A stretch of DNA of 41,875 nucleotides from Octopus sinensis (Eukaryota). The notes below the pieces were generated by a model that worked only from the letters and a program-made list of their open reading frames with translations, had not been told where the DNA came from and did no database searches. Below, one piece after another: positions 35,515-41,875 of this stretch. Both the position numbers and the translations under genes were made by a program. Each line of letters starts with the position of its first letter. Position 1 is the stretch's first letter. The stretch is from positions 1 through 41,875 of the forward strand of contig NW_021835154.1 in NCBI RefSeq assembly GCF_006345805.1, given 5' to 3'.

Positions 35515-35841
35515 TGTATGTATATATAAAGTAAATTTGGATTGGGTAAAATTGCGGTGTATTCTTTATGCGGCTTTTAATATGAACACTGTCTACCAGG
35601 GAAAAAGCGGCAGAGATACGTGTCACTGGTATAACAGGTATGAATTATTTCGTAGAGAGTAATAAGGAAGACGACAACCGATATCAAACTTATTTTGCCA
35701 TTTTCTTATTTCTTTATATATATTCTTTTATATACATACATACATAAATACATACATACATACATACATACATACATACATACATACATACATACATACA
35801 TACATACGTACGTACGTACATACATACATACATCATACATT

Positions 35842-35873
<32 letters not shown>

Positions 35874-36070
35874 ATATAAGAAATTAAAAACGGAAAATAC
35901 GCACACTTACATAGTTTTAATATAATTTTTAATATATCGGCCGGTTTCGCTATCGCTATTCATGATATTATGTTTTACATGTTTGAATATGTATTTTCTT
36001 AAGAAGAAATTTTGTCCATGTTGTGTGGTGATGATATTTACGAGTGAATGACTTCACAAGTAGAAAAATA

Positions 36071-36191
36071 AGGGGGTGGGGGAGATGACTCGGAAGATTC
36101 ACATCGTGAATGTTCCGAGGTTTTTTGGCTCTGGTGAGGTGACTCGGAACATTCACGATGCGAATATTTCGAGTCCTCTCTCCCACCCCCC
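36071..36191. repeat. 49-bp-arm inverted repeat whose arms are themselves palindromic
   Basis: agggggtgggggagatgactcggaagattcacatcgtgaatgttccgag versus ctcggaacattcacgatgcgaatatttcgagtcctctctcccaccccct. Confidence 0.85.
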
Positions 36192-36325
36192 TGTTCGCGA
36201 GCGCGCATTTTTTTTCATATTCGTTAAGGGCAAGATGTTTTACACATATTACACTATTTTCTCTTCTTTTTTTTTGCTCGGGTCAAACGCTTTAGTTTAA
36301 CCGTAAAAGAAAATCACTCGACGTA

Positions 36326-36397
36326 GGCGCCACGTAGTGGGACTGAACCCGGAATCATGTGGTTGGAAAGCAAAGTTCTTAACCACTCAGCCATAGC
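36326..36397 (-). mobile_element. SINE family B head fragment
   Basis: gccacgtagtgggactgaacccggaatcatgtggttggaaagcaa. Confidence 0.75.
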
Positions 36398-37515
36398 TGC
36401 ATATATGCACACGCATTCATTCATACGTACCTTCATACATACATACATACATACATACATAAATACATACATACACACACACACATACATACATAATACA
36501 TACATACATACTTATATACATACATACATCATACATACATACATACATACATACATACATACATACATACATACATACATACATACATACATACATACAT
36601 ACTTATATACATACATACATACATACATACATTAAAACCCTTTACATACATATATATGACATTGATAACACTAGAGACACAATGAATAAGAAAAGCAATG
36701 GGATAATATGTGTGGAGTCCCCGCGCACACACACTTAACAGTTACAGATATGGCATTTCGTTTCATTTGTGCTGTTGTACTGACAAACTTCACCGAGGGC
36801 TGACCTGTAAGAAAACACAACAGGCTGACCTCGAGGTTATTTCTTAACACCCGTCGTGTTGTAGTTTGTGAAAATCACTCGTTATTTCTCGTATTCTCTT
36901 CCTCTTAGATGTGTTTAAAACTACACAAAACGAGAAAACAACTGCGCTTCACTGCTTAAACATAGAAAAGATTAAATGGGTTTCGTAGCGGAACTAAATA
37001 GCAGGCTCTTCAATGAGATGACACCATTTCTTCCGATGATTATAGACGACACTCAACGAAATTGTCCAGGTGGTTCACGTCAGTGTTTTCCTTGTTTCGT
37101 CACCTTCACATAAACCCTCAAAATTACCCGATCCCTGCTTGCCGTCGGCGGTTTGCGTTTATGTGAATTCATATCAAATTCTTTCATTTCCCGTTAAATC
37201 TAATTTTAGTTGCTTATTTCTTTTATTGGAGTATTCTGAGGAAAATTTTCGTTTGCTTTCAACCATTTGTAAATTTGTGAATTTTTCTATTTTCAATGGA
37301 TTGTTTTCAAATTTTCTATACAGATGCAGTTTTGTATGCTGATGACGAATATCGCAGTCAATTTTTAAAAAAAATTAATAATTAACAAGACAGCGGCATT
37401 TAAAGTTATATATTTTTTAACCAATGAAATTAGTCATGTCTTTAAAAGCGGAAGTCGAAACTTTGCTGCCATGGCAATTCATTAAAAATGAAGAAGGGAG
37501 GGCGAGATTTTATTG

Positions 37516-38187
37516 TTGGCAGAATCGTTAACACTCCGGACGAAATGCTTAGCAGTATTTCGTCCGACTTTACGTTCTGAGTTCAAATTACGCCGAGGTC
37601 GACTTTGCCTTTCATCCTTTTGGAGTCGATAAAATAATTACCTGCTGAGCGCTGTGGTTGATGCAATTCCCCAAAATTGCCGCTCTTGTTGCAAAATTTG
37701 AAACCATTATTGTCTCCACCGGTGTTGGTATGTTTGTTGGTTGTGACAACCGGTGTTGGTATGTTTACGTCCCCATAACCTACCAGTTCGGCAAAAGTGA
37801 CAGATAGAATAAGTACCAGGCTGTTATATCGCAATACTACACAGTGGCTGTGTGAGTTACGAAATCCTCGTCGCCACTGCTACATCGCACGTTCGGATGA
37901 CCTCTACTCAACCCTAGACTTCTCCCTCTATATCTACGTATTGGGCTAGCCTACTTCATCGTCCGGGGGCGTCCACACAACACAGGCTTTATAAAAAAAT
38001 GTACTGGGGTCAATTCATTCAACTGAAAATTCTTCAAGGCAGTGCCCCAGCATTACCGCAGGAAGTAAGTAGGGGACAATCCTTTTTTACTATAGTCACA
38101 AGGCCTGAAGTTTAGGGGAGGGGCCTAGTCGATTTCATCGGCCCTAGTGCATAACTGGTACTTATTTAATCGACCCCGAAAGGATGA

Positions 38188-38189
<2 letters not shown>
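37516..38189. mobile_element. Patchwork of SINE A (37516-37713, plus), SINE B pieces (37716-37822, 37985-38060) and SINE A tail (38072-38189, minus)
   Basis: Motif matches to other copies in the window. Confidence 0.75.
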
Positions 38190-38256
<67 letters not shown>

Positions 38257-38264
<8 letters not shown>

Positions 38265-38869
38265 AACTAAAGTTATTGAACAAACAAATGCAAGGTCATC
38301 CGCATAACATTTCATAATTCGAACATTTAATCATAGAATATACATATAAACATCGCGCAAGATGGAACATAATTCATCTGTACTAGCATACAAGCATATA
38401 ATAATAATAAGGTGCGACAAAAAATTTTTTTCATCACAGTTTAGAGTTAATACTTTAGCGATTCAAAAAAATACATTTTTAAAAAAAACATTACAACACC
38501 TAGAAAGTAAAAATATAATATAAAGTAATATATAAAAATATATAGGTATATAAAAATATATAAAAAATATATATATATATACATATAGGAGCATATAAAA
38601 AATATATAATATATATCATGTAAATAAAATAAAAGTTCATCGTTTAGAAATCTTATTAAATAATTATTCAAGTAAAAGAAGCCTTATAGTTAAAAAGGGA
38701 ACCATATTTACTTATCCCAAGTATTTACTTATCTGTATGCTTGTACGGATGAATTATGTTCCATCTTGCGGGATGTTTATATGTATATTCTATGATTAAA
38801 TGTTCGAATTATGAAATGTTATGCGGATAACCTTGCATTTGTTTGTTCAATAACTTTAGTTTGATATAT
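38257..38869. repeat. Long inverted repeat (arms about 38257-38398 and 38736-38869) with AT-rich spacer, next to (TA)n
   Basis: atatatcaaactaaagttattgaacaaacaaatgcaagg...gatggaacataattcatc is the reverse complement of gatgaattatgttccatc...ccttgcatttgtttgttcaataactttagtttgatatat. Confidence 0.88.
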
Positions 38870-38947
38870 TTGTCTCTTTCAATAGAGCACTTCTATAGCA
38901 GTCCTATTAATCTTTTTGTTCCTGACAAGAAACAATCACTGTATTAT

Positions 38948-39009
<62 letters not shown>

Positions 39010-39519
39010 CTATATATATAATACATACAAGTAAAGGTGAACGATAAAAGATATTCGGTAAGAGCATGTAAAACTATGTCAGAAGCACTTTTCTCTTGAA
39101 AATTTTCCTATGAAGTTTTGTGGTTATCCTATAAGATTGTACTACAGCATGACCGCAGCTCAATGACGCAGAAAGTCAAGCAAAAGAAAGATCACTGTGA
39201 CCGCCCACCTCAAATACAGAACATAGTATCATTCTTGATTATAATACTCCCAGACTTGAAATAGAAATTAAATACAAAAAGCAAAAACTCTTTATCTCTT
39301 CTCCCAATCAAGAATATCATTTAATCCTGATATATTCTCAGTGCGTTCTTAATATCTGGTAAAACTAAATCAGTAGTACGTCACCTCGCTAAGGATTATT
39401 AATAAAATAGAACAGCGTATAGGAACAAGATATTTATAGATATCGCCATCACCAGGATGATCAAGGCACTGGATTTTACAGAATCGGTGGATTGTCGAAC
39501 GAATGTGACATCCACATCA

Positions 39520-39523
39520 CTTA

Positions 39524-39555
<32 letters not shown>

Positions 39556-39830
39556 TCTTCTTCATCGTCTTCATCATCTTCATCGTCGTTACTATCATCA
39601 TTCATCATTCATCATCATTTTGACAAATGAAAACAACGATGGCAACCACCGCCACCGCTGCCACTGCCAACACCACCACCACCACCACCACAACCACCAC
39701 CACCACCACCACCAACCACCACCACCACTACAACCACGATAATGACGAAAATCATCATCATCACCACCACCACCACCACCACCCTCCTCCTCCTCCTCCT
39801 CCTCCTCATCATCATCATCATCATATGATG
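39520..39830. repeat. (CAT)n/(CAC)n/(CCT)n triplet block
   Basis: Direct reading. Confidence 0.93.
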
Positions 39831-40288
39831 GGTTGTGATGTGAATGCCAACAGCATACATTCGGTTCTCCTGCAGAGAAGGTGTGAAGAAGACTATGTGA
39901 GGCTAACGTCGAAGAGCTAATGCCTTGCGGTGTTTAGCTTCGTGGACCCCTTTTACGTTCTTTTGAGTTCAACTCCTGCCGAGTTCGACTTTACTTTCAG
40001 ATTTCCGGGGTTTGATAAACTAAAGTACCACTTCATATAATTGTCTGCCATTTGATGTAGGACATCTGCGTGCGGTGATCCGACTAACTGTTCTGTAAGA
40101 GGTAGTTACGGAACAGGCTTCTAAGCATCACGTTTGAAACGATGTTTAGCTTCAACATATGTTGGCGGCGTAGCGTTTTGGAAACGAAAAACGAAAAAGA
40201 CACAAAATTAAACATTGCTGTTCATGTCATGTGCACCACGTATAGGGGAGTTTGTTGGTTCAATTCTATGTGCGGTTGTTTCACTTAC

Positions 40289-40607
40289 TCTCGCTTTTTC
40301 ATTTTCGCCCTTTTCAAGCCTAGCCAGGGTCATGGGCCCGGTTTCCCGGTTTCTGTGGCGAATGTGTTCCCCCCAGCCTGACGGGACGCCAGTCCATCGC
40401 AGCGTTACTCAAGAAACCGGAAGAAAGAGTGAGAGAAAGTTGGGGCGAAAGAGTACAACAGGGGTCGCAACCACACCCTGCCGGAGCCTCGTGGAGCTTT
40501 AGGTGTTTTCGCTCAATAAACATACACAACGCCCAGTCTGGGAATCGAAACTGAGATCCTCCAACCGCGAGTCTGCTGCCCTATCACTGGGCCATTGCGC
40601 CTCTACA
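40289..40607 (-). mobile_element. SINE family D head plus tail Z, 10-bp TSD
   Basis: TTTCACTTAC at 40279-40288 and 40608-40617; matches 31931-32220. Confidence 0.9.
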
Positions 40608-40691
40608 TTTCACTTACACACATCTGCATAAATATATAAATATTTAACAATATACGCGTTTATATATTTATATATTAATATTTGTGTGTAT

Positions 40692-40926
40692 GAAGGTGGC
40701 TAGCTGGTAGAATAGATAGCACACCTAGTAAAATGCTTATCTGTATTTCATCCGTCTTTAACGTTCTGAGTTCAAATTCCGCCGAGGTCGACTTTAAAAT
40801 AACTCACAGTTGAGCACTGGGGTTGATGTAATCGATCAAACCTCTCTCTTGAAATTGCTGGCCTTGTGCCAAAATTTGTGCATATGAAGGCGGCGAGCTA
40901 GCAGAATCGTTATGGCACCTGACAAA
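40692..40926 (+). mobile_element. SINE family A copy followed by a second A head fused to the mariner remnant
   Basis: gaaggtggctagctggtagaat... and gaaggcggcgagctagcagaatcgtt. Confidence 0.8.
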
Positions 40927-41462
40927 ATGTTGTGCGTATGGAGGGACCGGGAAGGGATTATCCATTACGAATTGCTTGACCGGAACCAAACGGTCAACGC
41001 GGAACTCTGTGTTCAACAGATGGAACCACTCAACATGGCTATTCAAGAGAAAAGACCTAATCGACAGCATGGAGTTCTTCTGCTGCACGATAACGCCAAC
41101 CTTCATATCGCCAATATGATCAAGGAAGCCGTTCAAACGCATGGCTGGGAAGTGCTGCCACACCCGCCGTGCACTCCTGATTTGGCACCAACGGATTTCC
41201 ACCTCTTACCATCTGTTTCAAATGCAATGCGCGGAGTTTCGTTCAATACTGATGCAGAATTGAGAGCTTCATTGGATCAATTTTTCGAGTGGAAATCGGG
41301 TGATTTCTACCAACGAGGTATTGAAAATCTTGTTGAACGTTCGGAAGAAGTTGTAAACAACAAGGGTGAATACATTATTGATTAATTAGTTATTATTTTT
41401 ATTAAACCTTTAAAAAAATTTAAATTAAAAAAAACGGCAGGAACTTACTTGCCAACCTAATA
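40921..41462 (+). mobile_element. 3' half of a mariner (Tc1/mariner, D,D34D) transposon with right TIR and TA target
   Basis: K.MLCVWRD.EGIIHYELL, LLLHDNA, HPPCTPDLAPTDFHL with 34 residues between the two Asp, stop at 41383-41385; TIR AACGGCAGGAACTTACTTGCCAACCTAA (about 41433-41460) followed by TA and (TA)n. Confidence 0.93.
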
Positions 41463-41483
41463 TATATACATGTATATATATAT

Positions 41484-41527
<44 letters not shown>

Positions 41528-41562
41528 ATATACATATATATATATACATATACATATATACT

Positions 41563-41607
<45 letters not shown>

Positions 41608-41656
41608 TATATATAGATACATTACATGTATATATATAATAAATTAATATAATATA

Positions 41657-41699
<43 letters not shown>

Positions 41700-41710
41700 T
41701 ATATACACAT
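41463..41710. repeat. (TA)n-rich block
   Basis: Direct reading. Confidence 0.95.
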
Positions 41711-41875
41711 GTGCGTGTGTGGTGTGAATACAGTATGAATGAAATGCTTGAAAAAAGTACGCTATGTTGTGCATGTATATTATACATGTTATGCATGTTT
41801 CTATGCTTGCGTGCATATCTCTTCTTTATTAAGTATCATAGTCTGTTATCAAACACCTTGCTTGGTGTGATTCTA

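Noticed and set aside
37325-37360. LYADD resembling a reverse transcriptase YADD motif
   Set aside because: No other RT motifs in frame; flanks are AT-rich non-coding sequence
39870-39930. gtgaagaagac...gtcgaagagcta, a possible decayed hammerhead
   Set aside because: Core lacks C3-U4 and GAAA, and stem I is not evident

Overview
Eukaryotic, AT-rich, repeat-saturated window with no complete protein-coding gene that I can support. The SINE families and the extreme (TA)n/(CA)n/(TACA)n/(TAA)n density look like an Octopus-type cephalopod genome; this is recognition by eye, not a database result. Nearly all ORFs in the supplied track are microsatellite or SINE read-throughs. The only recognisable protein remnants are decayed transposons: an RTE-clade LINE endonuclease region (about 21.2-22.7 kb, minus), four 3' fragments of R4/Dong-like restriction-endonuclease retrotransposons in (TAA)n arrays (20.4-25.8 kb, plus) and the 3' half of a mariner D,D34D transposase with its TIR (40.9-41.5 kb). 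About 30 tRNA-derived SINE copies fall into four head types, which I label A to D, with swappable tails. There are also a hAT MITE with an 8-bp TSD, a TIR element carrying (CCCTAA)n and a Helitron-like end. The most striking unannotated structure is a complete canonical type I hammerhead ribozyme (14747-14813) at the edge of a 203-bp-arm inverted repeat, as expected of Penelope-like element pseudo-LTRs. Three further minimal hammerhead-like motifs with variant cores occur at 8.7, 18.3 and 18.8 kb. SINE A also forms recurrent head-to-tail dimers joined at GGTATTTCG and appears to insert at (G)GTAT sites. SINE coordinates are approximate (about 10 bp) unless fixed by a TSD.
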